Source: an uncultured Veillonellaceae bacterium (GTDB lineage Bacteria; Bacillota; Negativicutes; Veillonellales; Dialisteraceae). From it: DNA of 64,000 nucleotides. Where the stretch lies: assembly GCA_927353735.1 (NCBI GenBank), contig CAKMIA010000008.1:212-64211 (forward strand). Direction: 5' to 3'. Positions 1 through 12,000 of the stretch are shown piece after piece. The position numbers were made by a program, and so were the translations under genes. The notes below the pieces were generated by a model. The model did not search any database, was not told the DNA's origin, and was given only the letters and a program-made list of their open reading frames with translations. Each line of letters starts with the position of its first letter. Position 1 is the first letter of the stretch.

Positions 1-3000
1 CCGTCACCGCTGGTGAAGCCGATATCCGTTCCGGCCGTCGCGGTTCCGGTTACCGTAATGGTTCCGGAATCTGTCTCTGCTGTCACATTGCCGGCTGTCG
101 CCGCGACACTGCCGCCGAAGGCAATATCTCCTGCTTCCGTCTCTGCGGTCACATTCTGATCTGCCGCCGCATCACCGGTGACGGTGATCGAGCCTTTGCC
201 TGTAAATCCGATATCTCCGCCGGCATTTAGGCTGCCTTCCTGAATGATGCTGCCTTCACTGTTCATGGTGATGTCCGCACCGGCTTCCTCCGATGCTTCG
301 GTTTCAGCCATACCCGTACCGGTGAGCGTACCGGAGCCGGTATGCGTGATGGCAATATGTCCGTCCTGTACCGTGATTCCATCGGCCACGCCGCCGAAAT
401 CGACATTCACGTTCTCAGCGCCGCTTACCAAATGGAGATCTCCGCTGATGCTGCTGTCTTCTCCCAGTCCGGCTGCAATGAAGCTGGCAATGTCGTTGGC
501 TGCCGCTTCCAGCAGCTGGCTGCCCGCTGTTGCAAGATTGACCGTATGCGCCCGGATGCCAGGAGCAGAAGCATCCTGCATGACACTGCCGTCTTCCGCT
601 CTGAGATTCAGCGTTCCGTCAGCCGCCTCAATATCAATGCTTCCGTTCGAAAGATCGATATCTTTGGCGGCGGTCACAGATACATCCCCATCTGTTTTGA
701 TCTGAGCCTCTGTCTCAGGATCCTCTGCACGTCCCAGCGAAATATTGCTCACACTTGTCACCGTAAGGCCGCTGCCCTCCACGTTCCCCAGAACAAGGAG
801 GTCTTCCGAGCCTGTACCGGTGACGCCGGAGAGATAAATGCCATCTTCTGCCGTTGCATTTACAACGGCACCGTTGTCCAGTACACGGACAGCGGTCTCT
901 TCCGTACCGATCGCGCGGTCCGCCGTCAGATTCAGCACATGGCCGGCATTGATATAGCCCTGCGCCAGGCTGTCTTCCACATCATGCATGAGAATGCTGC
1001 CGGTCGCCTTGAAGTTCGCATCATGGCCTGCCGCCGCGGACAGGATGTTCAGATCGCCGGTCTGGCTGATATAGATATCCTGTTCTGCGGTGGCATCCAG
1101 CGTACCGGAAATCTTCGTATCTACATAATCAGCAGCCGTACCGATGCTTCCGGTACCGCCTGCAATCGTGAGATCCACACCGGTAAGCGTACCGTTTACC
1201 AGGACGCCGGCATCCCCCTGCAGCCGGATATCTCCCTCGGTAGTGATGCCATAGACCACGAGATCCGTATCCTTGACACCGGCCAGATATACATTGCTCT
1301 TTCCCTGTACATCCACTTTGCCGCTGTCATCCGTGACCTGTACCGTGATCGCCTGCTGCTGCCGGACCGTAACGTCGTCCGTACCCCATTCAAGATCCCC
1401 GGCTTTCGCATTGGCCAGCAGCTTCAGATGTTCCACATCATTCAATGTATCATAGGAAATCGTCTGCGCCTCTCCGTCAATGCCGATGCCGCCGTCTGCC
1501 GCATGGAGCGTGATATTCCGTGCCGACACATTGGGCGTTTCGACCGTCAGCACATCACCGGGTTCACTGTTGATGACGCTGTCCTGGATCGCATACAGCA
1601 GCTGATTCCGGCTCCAGCCATAGTTCTCGCTGTTTGCCACTTCGGCATAACTGGTGATGGCCGCCTGTTCGTCTTCACTGAAGCCTTTGTCCGAGAAATA
1701 GTCGGACACTTTTGCCTGATATGCATCATAGGCTTCCTGGATCGCTGTCTCGTTTTCGCCTGCCTTGGTTACGGCATCGACATATTCTGCCTTTGCCGCC
1801 TGCATACCTGTATCTTTATAGAAAGAATCTGCAGCGGCTTTGTAGCTGTCTACACTGTGTCCCTCAGATTCTGCTGCAAGAGCCGTCATCCGGTCTGTCA
1901 GTGCGTCTACGCGCTCCTTCCTGGCATCTGCCGCCGCCTGCGCCTTGCTGTCGGCGCTGTCCGCACTGCTGATCAGGCCGCTTTCCAGCCAGCGGTCGAT
2001 CTTGTCTTCCGCCGTGCTGCTGCTTTGATTTTCCCCGGGATGGGCATCCACGAAGCTGCCGTCTGCCACAGTCAGCACCGCATCTCCCGTGTCACTCACA
2101 ATGGTCCCGAGCCGCATATTGCCTTCCGTCTGGGTCAGGACGATATCTCCGCTGGCACTGGCATTGACACTGGAGGACATGCTGTCAGAGCTGTACAGCT
2201 CACTGCCGCCGAGGATCGTCAGGGCCTTATCCTTCGTACCGATGCTGCCGCCTTTGCTGACCAGATCGATGCGCTGCCCCTTCACGGCATAGCTGCCGGA
2301 GGTATGGGCATCCAGAATATTACCGGACGCTTCCACATAGACATTCCCGGTCCCCGCAGTGATCGCCTCCGTGCCGCCGGCCGCGGCCTGACTGATATGC
2401 AGGTCTCCGCCGGACGAGATAAAGCTCACACTGCCGTTCTCCGATACGGCATCTACAGAAGCGCTTCCGCCGATGACTTCATGGTTCACCGCGATATCGC
2501 TGCCGGCCTGGAGATGCACCTCATCGGAAACGATGGCATTCTGCCCGGCAGACTGGATTCCGCCGCCGGTGCTGGTGAGCGAAACGTTCCCCTTCCCGGC
2601 GACCGCATGGCTGCCGTCAATGACCGCGGCATTGCTGATCGTACCGTTCAGAAGCATATCGCCCGCCGAGGAAACGGAAATATTGCCGGAGCCGTTCCCG
2701 CCGCCGAGAAACCCGATAGCGATGGACTTGTCCGCCTTCAGGCCGGTCGCCGTCGCCACCTGATCGCCCTTGGTTTCCGTCCAGGTATAGATATAATCAC
2801 CATAGCCGAAAATCTTGCCGGCAATTCCGTCATACACTTTTTTCACATGGGGATCCGTGGATGTCCCGGTTTCGTTCGACGAATAATCCCAGTTGATAGT
2901 AAGCATATCACCGGTGCCATTATAGCCGCCTGTGACGAGAGAGCCGTTGGCAAGAGATTCTGCGGAGTCCCCGCTGGTGATGCTACCTGTCTTGACATCA

Positions 3001-6000
3001 TCCTTAGCATTGATCTGTTCAATATGAGCCAGCAGTGTGCTGCTCTTGTCATAGGCCAGTGCGCCCCAGAAGAGGAAATCTTCCTGATAGGTTTTCTCTT
3101 CAATCCGTTCTCCGGTGACGCCGCCGGTCCATGCAAACTGAGATCCTGCTACCGGCGTATAGTCGGTCGTGCCGCTTGTCCATCCCACCTTTGCCGTGTC
3201 GTCTCCGGTGTAATACTGGCGATAGGCTCCGTTTTTGTATTCCGTCACCAGATAATCCCCATCGGCGTCCGTCTGGTTCTTGTCCGTAATGGTGATCAGT
3301 CCGGAGATGTCATTGTTGGTGATACTGTTCACCTTCACATCTTTATCTACCGCGGTGGTATCGATATGGATGTCTGCGGTGCCGTCCATCGCCATGATGC
3401 GGCCGCCGCCGGTACTGGAAACCTTGCCGCTGATCTGGATCTGTCCGCCCTCGGGCCGCACGCTTTCCGTCAGGAGCTGGCCGGTGGACGGATTGTAATA
3501 GACCTTGACCTCATAATTCCAGACCTTCTGCTGATCGTCCCAGACCGCGCCGCCGTTATTCACGAGATACTTGTCGTTCCCCATGACTTCCGCATCGGTC
3601 AGTGTAGTCCGGCTGGCATTCCAGTCACTTGTGATCTGATCCACTTTCGCCTTTGCGGCTTCCGTCAGCGTCGTTTCATACGTCCCGTAGCCGCTCTGGA
3701 CCAGGCCGCCGATATTGACATTCACCGCATCGATATAGATGTTGCCGCCTGCCAGGATTCCCGCTTTTTCATCCTTCAGAAGCGACTCCGGATTCTTATA
3801 CTCTTCTTCGGTAATGCCCATTTCCTTTAAGGTAACACCCACCGTCCCGACCAGCCAGTCGAGATAGTCCTTGTATGTATTAAAGGACACCGATCCGTCT
3901 GTTTTCGTATTGTACAGATATTCCTGGATCTTCCTGGCTACCGTTTCGTTGAACTGCAGCCGGGCGATCGGGTCATTTCCAATATTTACCAGTCCTTCGC
4001 TGTTTGTCTGCGTGACGTCCCCCTTGGTCGCTTCGACCGTGATGTTCCGCCCGTTGACACTGCCCTGCATAAGGATATTGTAATTGTCACTGGTGATCTC
4101 GATATCGCCGGCCGAATTGGTGATATCTCCAAAGATTCCGATATCCGCCTGCACATGTTTGTCCGTACCAAAAGCACTGGAATCCGCGCTTGCCCCATAA
4201 ATCGTGATCTTCGGCGTTTCGCCGGTCACGCCGGGACTGGTAATCGTGCCGCTGAATCCATCCGTCTTTACACCGGCCGTATTGACACTGCCGCCGTTGT
4301 CACTGATGGTAAGATCATTCACCTTCAGGTACAGATCGCTCGTATTGGTGATGGAAAGCTGCGGCGCGCCCTGTGCGGTGAGAGAGCCGGTGCCCTTCAG
4401 CTGATCCGCATCGATATTGATATTGCCGCCGGATACGACGATATCCGGGATCTCAATGGCAGGAAGCGGGATCGACTCCAGCGGTGTCAGCACACCATTA
4501 TCGGTGGATTTTTCCGCCAGGCCTGCTTTTTCCATTTCCAGGAGCAGCAGATTTTTCTCTGCTTCATAGGCTTTATAAGCTTCAGAATCCTTATTGGAGC
4601 CATAGGCCTGCAGATATCCCATGACCTCGTTGTAGCGGTCCATCAGTCCATTCACCAGCGTCATGTCCGCCGGCTTCAGGCTGTCTGCATCAAACCATTC
4701 GTCGCCTTCCGTAACGTTGACCGTAATGCCGCCATAGTTGAAGCTGCCTACTTCGTCCACAGCCGTCTCATTCTCGGTATAGCTCGGAGCCTGCGTCGTC
4801 GTCCGGCCGCCGATGGTGATGCCCAGCTTGTTATGGATCCCTGCCGTGACCGAACCGGTCACATTGACAAAATTGTCCGCCGTTTCGCTGGCGATCGTAT
4901 CTCCGAACGCGGTAGACGCCACGCTGCCCGATCCTCCGGTCCCGGTCCAGATCTTGTATTCCTGGGCCGATTCCGTGACCGTTGTCGTGCCTTTGGCCGC
5001 GCTGGCATTGATATGGCGCACGCTTTCCGCGGTGCCGGCCAGTTCGACCTGATTGGCCTGCGTCATGGTATTCTTCACCTTCGGATCCGTATAGACCGGG
5101 ATCGCCGTATTGTTGTACGCATCGGCCAGCACCTGCAGATTCAGGCCGGATTTCGCACCGCCTGCATTCTCGCCGGCGTAAAGATTGATGTCATTCGTGC
5201 TGTGAAGGGTGGAGCCGCTGCCAAGCGTGATCTTGTTGCTGCGGTTCATCGTATTTTCCGCTTCTGCAGAAGCAGCGCCGACTGCGCCGCCCTGCGTATC
5301 TGCGATGGTCTCCAGCTTGACATCCGTATCATCCGCAGCAGCGAGAGTGATGTCGCTGTCTGCCTTGTCGGTGGTGAGCGTCGAATTGCCCTCCACTTTG
5401 ACCGCATTGTCATAGTCAATGGAATGCTTACTGAATGCCAGAGCGACGGGAATGACCCCTGCCGACTTCAGGCTGTTCTTCGAGGAGATCGTCCCCCCGG
5501 TCGTTGCCTGTGCCGTGATGCCGCCGCTGCCCGTAGTGTGGAGCGTGCTGTTATTCACCGTCACGCCGGCGTCGAAATCAAGATCATCCGCATAATCCGT
5601 GGCATGTACACCAATGCCTCCATAGCCGGAGCCGTTGATATTGCCGGTGTACTGCACCTGATTCTGCGCCGTATACCGCTGTGCCCCGCCGGTGGTGACC
5701 GCTGCCCCATCGAGCGTGACAAGCGCCGAATTCTGGAGTGCATTACGGAGCCAGGTGCCGCTGCCGCCGACGATGGCCGCCCGTACGGCATTGACGTCCA
5801 GATCGATATCCATGCCGTTCAGCGCCTGAGCGGACAGCTCACCCGAAACGTTCCACGTACCGCGAAGAGTCACATCCGTATCGGACGTAAAGTCATTGTC
5901 CACCTTGGCCGCATAGGGGCTGATATCTGCAAGCGCGCCGCCGTCTCCATTGGCTTCGCTTTCAATATCTGCATATCCGGATGCTCTGGCAGACAAATTG

Positions 6001-9000
6001 CCTATCCTGCTGTCCGTTTTGCTTCCTCTCAGCTCCACATCCGTATCCATGTGAACTTTCGTTTCTGCAATATTGGTTCCCGTTGTCAGAACGCCGGCGA
6101 CATCGACGCCCTGTACATGCGATGTCTGCTTCGCGGTATTGAGCGCCTCGAAGGAGTAATCTCCCGTGCTGTCGTCTGTTTTGCCTTTATATGTGTTTTC
6201 ACCGGATGTTTCTTCATCGGTCTTCACAGCCACATCGCTCCAGGTCTGCGAATCGGTATTGTTTCCGCTTCCACTTACGACGCCGCTGATTCCCAGAGCC
6301 AGCATCTTCATAGTCTGGGTCACATTGGCCTCCGCTTCAAAAGCGGCCTCTCTGGCAGCAAAGGTATTGTCCTGTCCGAGGATCACCTCCGTACGAAGAT
6401 GCGTTCCTTCCGTGCCGGAATGGATCGATGCGAAATTGAGGGCGCCCGAAGCCAGCAGTCCGCCGCCAACGCCGAGAACCTCCGCCGTCATCTCCGATGT
6501 GGTCTGTGCCCGGACATTCAGTGTATCGGCTTTTACTGTATTGCCATTGCCGATGGTCACTACGCTGCTGCCCGTATCCGAGGCGGATGCCGACATACCG
6601 CTTCCACTGACCAGGCCATCGCTCACCTGATGGGCGGCAACCGAGACGGTATTGGCCTTGTTCGACAGGATGGTCACAGAGCCGCTTTCCGAATCCGAAG
6701 TCAGCTGTGCCCCCTGATCGATCTCTACCGCTGTACCACTGTTGTTTTCCGCCTCCGCAATCAGTGCTCCGGCGGTGATGCCTGCGCTGACCGCAACAGC
6801 CCAGGAATCGATATGTGCCGAGGCGCTGTCCTTCGCTTCCATCCGGATCGTGTCCGCCTGGATCGAACCGCCATTCATCTTAACAGCGCTGGCCCCGGAG
6901 GTGGAAAGTCCCGCATAGGCTGCACCCAGCGCCCCTACGAAACCTGCTGTTCCCTGATAGGCCTCCAGCGTGATCCCGTCTTTTTTATCTTTCTGCACAG
7001 CTGTTACAGATACAGACTGTCCGGCGAGATCAGAATTGTTCAGCGTCACATCCGTCTTATGGTTCACATCCAGGATCCCCACCGACGCACTGGCGCTGGC
7101 ACCGCCTGCCGCTGCATTGGCGTTCGTTATAACTGCATCATTGGCCTCGGAGGCCTCCACAGTCAGCGCACCGGCCGAGGAAATATCCGCTCCTTCAATG
7201 TTCACATGCACGCCGGCTTCGTCCCGGCCGCCGCCTGCCGACGCCTGCAGGGACGAAGCATCACTCAGGGCCTGCTTCTCTTCTTCAGACAGCCCTGTCA
7301 GGGAGCCGCTGAAATCAGGACCATTCTTATTAGCCTCGTCGATTTTTTTTGTGGTATCACTATCATCAATGGTTCCATTGACTGTCGTCACCATGATATT
7401 GGCCCCGGCAGCTACGCCTCCTGCGGCGGCATTCACTGCGAGCTGCGCAATATCCCGTTCCTCTTCTGCACGGATCGAAGCGGCCTTCTCCGCCTGAATC
7501 CGAGTTTTTCCCGAAATGGTCGTACTGACTGCATCATCAAAGGTATTGACACTGACACCAGCTCCGACGCCCACTGCTCCGGCGCCTGCATTTCCGATAT
7601 TCGCCCCTACGGTCGTACTGCTCCGGGCCAGGATATCCACAGAATCAGCCACAATGGTACTATCAGAAACCGTAGTCGACACCGTCTGCTTCATATTATT
7701 GACAGCAGTCGCACTGCTCACGCCGGTATATACACCGGCACCTGCCGAAGCGATGACATTTTCGAGATGACTCGTATTTTCTGCCCGGATATCCACCACC
7801 CCGGTGTCTTCAGAGGAATCCCCGGCGTTCGCCTCCGCGGAACCTTCTGCGGGTGCCTCCGGCGAACCCTCCGCCGGAACCTCCCGGATCAGGGCGAACG
7901 AGCTGTTTTCCACATCCGTGCTGACCGCGGAATCCTGGCTCACCACGTTGACCGTCAGCCCTACGCCGACCTGACCGGCGGCTATGGTCCCCTGCCCTGC
8001 GTATACATGATCCGCATGGGCTGCGGTGACTGCAGCATGATCGGTATAGTTGACATTCATATCGCGGACTGCAGCAGCAGTCTCACTCTGCAGTTTATCC
8101 ACGAGGACTGTACCAGCCGCACCGCCCATACCAGATACCGCAGCTCCGGCCGCTGCATGAGCAATTCCCTGAGCCGCATAGGCTTCCACCTGGAAATCAC
8201 CGGCATTTGCCGTGTTTCTGCCGGAACCTCCTTCCACAGAGGCTTCCGTTCTTCTCTTCATGAGGGCCGTATCGCTGGCCGCACCAATGGCAGCTGTACC
8301 ACTGCCTGCCGCGGCAACGGTGATTCCGGCCGAATTGGTGTAATCCGAAGCCCGCACGGCCACGTCGCCCGCCTGCACCGGAGCCGTCAGATCGTTGCCG
8401 CTGCCTGCATTGACCGCCGCATTGATATCCGTATTGGTCACTTTGGCAGTCGTACTGCCGCCGATGGAATTGACATTGACTGTACCTACCGCTGCTACCG
8501 TACCGCTTCCTCCCATTGTAGCCAGTACAGAAGCCACACTGTGCGTTGCCGAGCTGTCCACGACCAGTCCTTTGGCCTCATTTTCCTGCCGGCCTGTCTG
8601 CAGCTTGTCCGAAGTAATGGACTTTTCGGATACGGCGCCGGAGATCAGGGCATCATCGTCCATGCCGCTCTCTGCTTTTACTGCATCCTCCGAATTGCCT
8701 TCTGCCGTGATGGAACTGTTTTCCACAGAGGCCGCCGTATTTCCGCTGATGGTATTGACCGCCACGGTCGCCCCGAAAGCCATCGCCCCGGAACCGCTGA
8801 TGGTACCTGCATAGTTTTCAATCTGTTCGTCGCTCTGCGCGACAACGCCCACGTTGCCGGTGCTGTACATCTCCGCATTGCGGACTGCCGCACTGACATT
8901 GTTGGCCACCATATTGATGCCCACAGAACCGCTGAGACTCACCGACCCGCTGGCTGCACCGCCGACGCCTGTAGCCGTAATCTTCGGCTGCCCGACCGCC

Positions 9001-12000
9001 CGGACCTCTGCATCAGCTACGTTCTGTGTGCCGCCATCGATGAAGGCATCCGTATCCTGCACGATGCGGTTGACACCGAGACCGATCCCGACCGCCCCGG
9101 TAGTGGAGCCTGCCAATACCACAGCATACGAATCAATTTCAGACGCATTATCCGCCGTGATGGCCAGGTCTGCCCCTGCCCCGGAGGCGGACGAAGCGGA
9201 ATCAATAGACGTACCGGTCATGCCCGCCGAAACCTGTTTATTGATCATCGACGCCGCGGCAGCGCCCTCCAGCGCCATGCTTCCGCCGGTCACTGCCGCC
9301 CCCGCAGCATATGTATCCATCTGTGCCTGATCCGATGCGGACAGGGTGATCACAGCGCCTTTCGTTTCATTGCTTTCTGCCGTACCGCCGGTCGTATCAT
9401 CAGTCGTACCGCCGGTCGTCACATCACCGGTCTCTGTACCGCCGGCCGTCACATCACCGGCCTCTGTACCGCCGGTTTCTGTACTGCCGGTTTCCGCACT
9501 GCCGGCTTCCGCACTGCCGGCTTCCATACCGGCTGCAGTGGTGATCTCTGCATGATTGATCTCTGCACGGATCTTCTGTCCGGCATTTTCAGAATCGCCG
9601 CTGGCGCCTCCGATATCACTGTATGCCACAGCGCCGCCGGCAGCTGCCGTACCGACAGATGCAGAAATGCCGCCGGCTGCGGAGGTATTCTGCGTCTTGT
9701 CCGCAGCAGAAACGGAAATGCTTTCCACGCCGGTAATCGTCACGGTGTCTGCCGTATTACCGATCACAGCTTCCGTGGAATTGGCCCCCTGATTGATGGC
9801 AATGGAGCCATTGAGCGCCACCTGACCGGACGATGCGGAAACACCGGCCCCGATCGCGATGATATGCGCTTCATTGCTGGCATTCAAATCGATCGACGGG
9901 TCCTCCCCAGCCTCTCCGGCGGCCGAACCGCCGGGTACAGCGTCCGTTCCGGTCGACGATTCCTCTGCGTCCGTTATGGTGATCGAACCGCCATTCAGAT
10001 ACACGCCGGTCATATTGTCCATGCCGTTATAGGCCAGCGCCAGACCGGCCGCATTGCCGCCGGCGCTGAGCTGTCCGGCCACATTGATGATACGCGCCTG
10101 ATTGAGAGCTTCCGCTTTTACCGCATTGGCCGTAATGTGGCTGTTCTCTACCGTAACGATGTTGTTATTGCTGAGTGTATCCCAGCTGACCGAACCGGCG
10201 CCGCCGAATCTCTGTCCGCCGCCAATGCCGCCTGCCACAGACACGATCTGCGTCTGTGTATTGGCCTTCCCGGTTACGGAATCCGCCTGGATCTCTGCGC
10301 CGGAAATTTCGGCCTCCATCCGGTTGTCCACATCACTGATATTAACGGCTGCTCCGATACCGAGATTCTGCGAGGACGCGGCGACAGAGGCCGCTACATT
10401 GACGATCAGACTGCCGCCGTCCGACATCTGCGCATCCGCATCTGTCCCCGTTTTCCCGGATGTGTCTATACCGCGCTCTGTAAGATATTTTTCAAATGCA
10501 TCTTCGTTTCGTTTCGTATCATAAGCAGAAACATTCACCGCACCTGTATCGCTTACCGTGGCACCCTCGATGAAAGCCCGGTTCTGATTGCTGACCGTAT
10601 TATATCCGACAGCCCCGCTGAAGCTTCCCGAGCTGGCTCCCGTAGAAAGAGCCGCCCCGACCGCAGCGCTGATCTGCTTCGTCGCCACGACCGCATCGAC
10701 ATCCATCCTGTTCAGCTGGCTGTACTGACCGCCGGACAGCCCGCTTTCCATATCCGTTGTGATCTCACTGATCGCCACGGAACCGGCCCCGGCCATTCCG
10801 GCCTGACCGCCGGTCGAGGAAGCCAGACCGAGGCCGCCGGTGATCTGCAGGTCTTCATTGTAGGCGGTATTGCTGAGAGACGCCTTTCCGTCAGTCCCGG
10901 TGACGGTATCAGTCCCGGTGATGGTATTATCCACCATCAGTGCATAGATGTCGTTCTCTGCCTGATTATAGGAGACAGATCCCGCCACCGCCGCTCCTGT
11001 GGAGCCTCCCTGGGCCACAGCCAGTCCCAGACCTGCAGCCATCTCCGCGCCGCTTTTCTTTGCGGTATTGGAGACCGATCCTGCATTTTCGATTTCTGTA
11101 TTGCTGATCACAGAGGACACGCCGCGGTCTGTCATGGATACGCCGGCCGCGCCGCCGATGCTCACTGTGGTGCCGCCGGAGCCTCCGGTCTTGCTGAACC
11201 AGTTCACAGCGCCCGCCCCGGCCCAGGAGCCGGCGAAGAGGCTGTCTGCCGCGGATACAGCAACGGCCGTCGGACCTGCAGTCTCTTTGCCGGACTGTAT
11301 CTGAACGCCGTCCAGGATCGCCGCGGTTTCCCCATTCAGCATATTGATGGAAACGCTGCCTGCACCGGCAACATTGACAGCGCCGCTGGTATTGCTGCTG
11401 CTGACGGTATTGCCGGCTCTCGTACCGGCACTGCGGTTTCCTGTACCGCCGGTGCCGCCGCCGGCAATGCTGCTGCCGGTATTGACCGCATTGTTTACCG
11501 CCGTGCCGGAAGCCGTCTGGTCCACACGATTCAGACCATTGTTCACGCCGCTGGTGACACGTCCGGTCACATTGTTATTTTGTCCTCCCGTGGTGGAATT
11601 CATATTACTTACGGCACTGCCGCGCTTTTTGCCGGACGAGGTGTTGGCCACAGCTTCCACGGCAACGCTGTTGATCATGCCGGAGGTCTCAGCCGATACC
11701 GTGAGGTTTTCTGTGGTGATGGTCCCTTTGTCTGCCGCCTGTCCCCGCAGCAGGGAGTCAAGCCGGCCGGCACCGACCGCCGCTTCAGCCATATCCCTTG
11801 CCAGAGCCACACCGGCATCCTGTTTTTCTTCTGCCTTGTCTTTAGCAGAGGCGGATTCCCCACCGCCGGCATCCTCCTCTTCATTGTCGGCGACGATGAC
11901 CATGTTGTTCACGTCATACAGCGTAAGCGTGGCGCCGGCGCCTACCGACGCCGTGGTGGAGTCCTTGCCCAGAGTGGCGCCGCCGCTGACTGCGGTGATC

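Noticed and set aside
342-3830. 1162-aa plus-strand ORF
   Set aside because: Same reason: antisense to tpsA. It breaks exactly where the tpsA sequence becomes less GC-rich, as expected for a compositional artefact.
9363-9527. Short direct repeats that might have been a CRISPR-like array
   Set aside because: The units are contiguous (no spacers), are multiples of 3 bp and lie in frame inside tpsA. They are coding tandem repeats.
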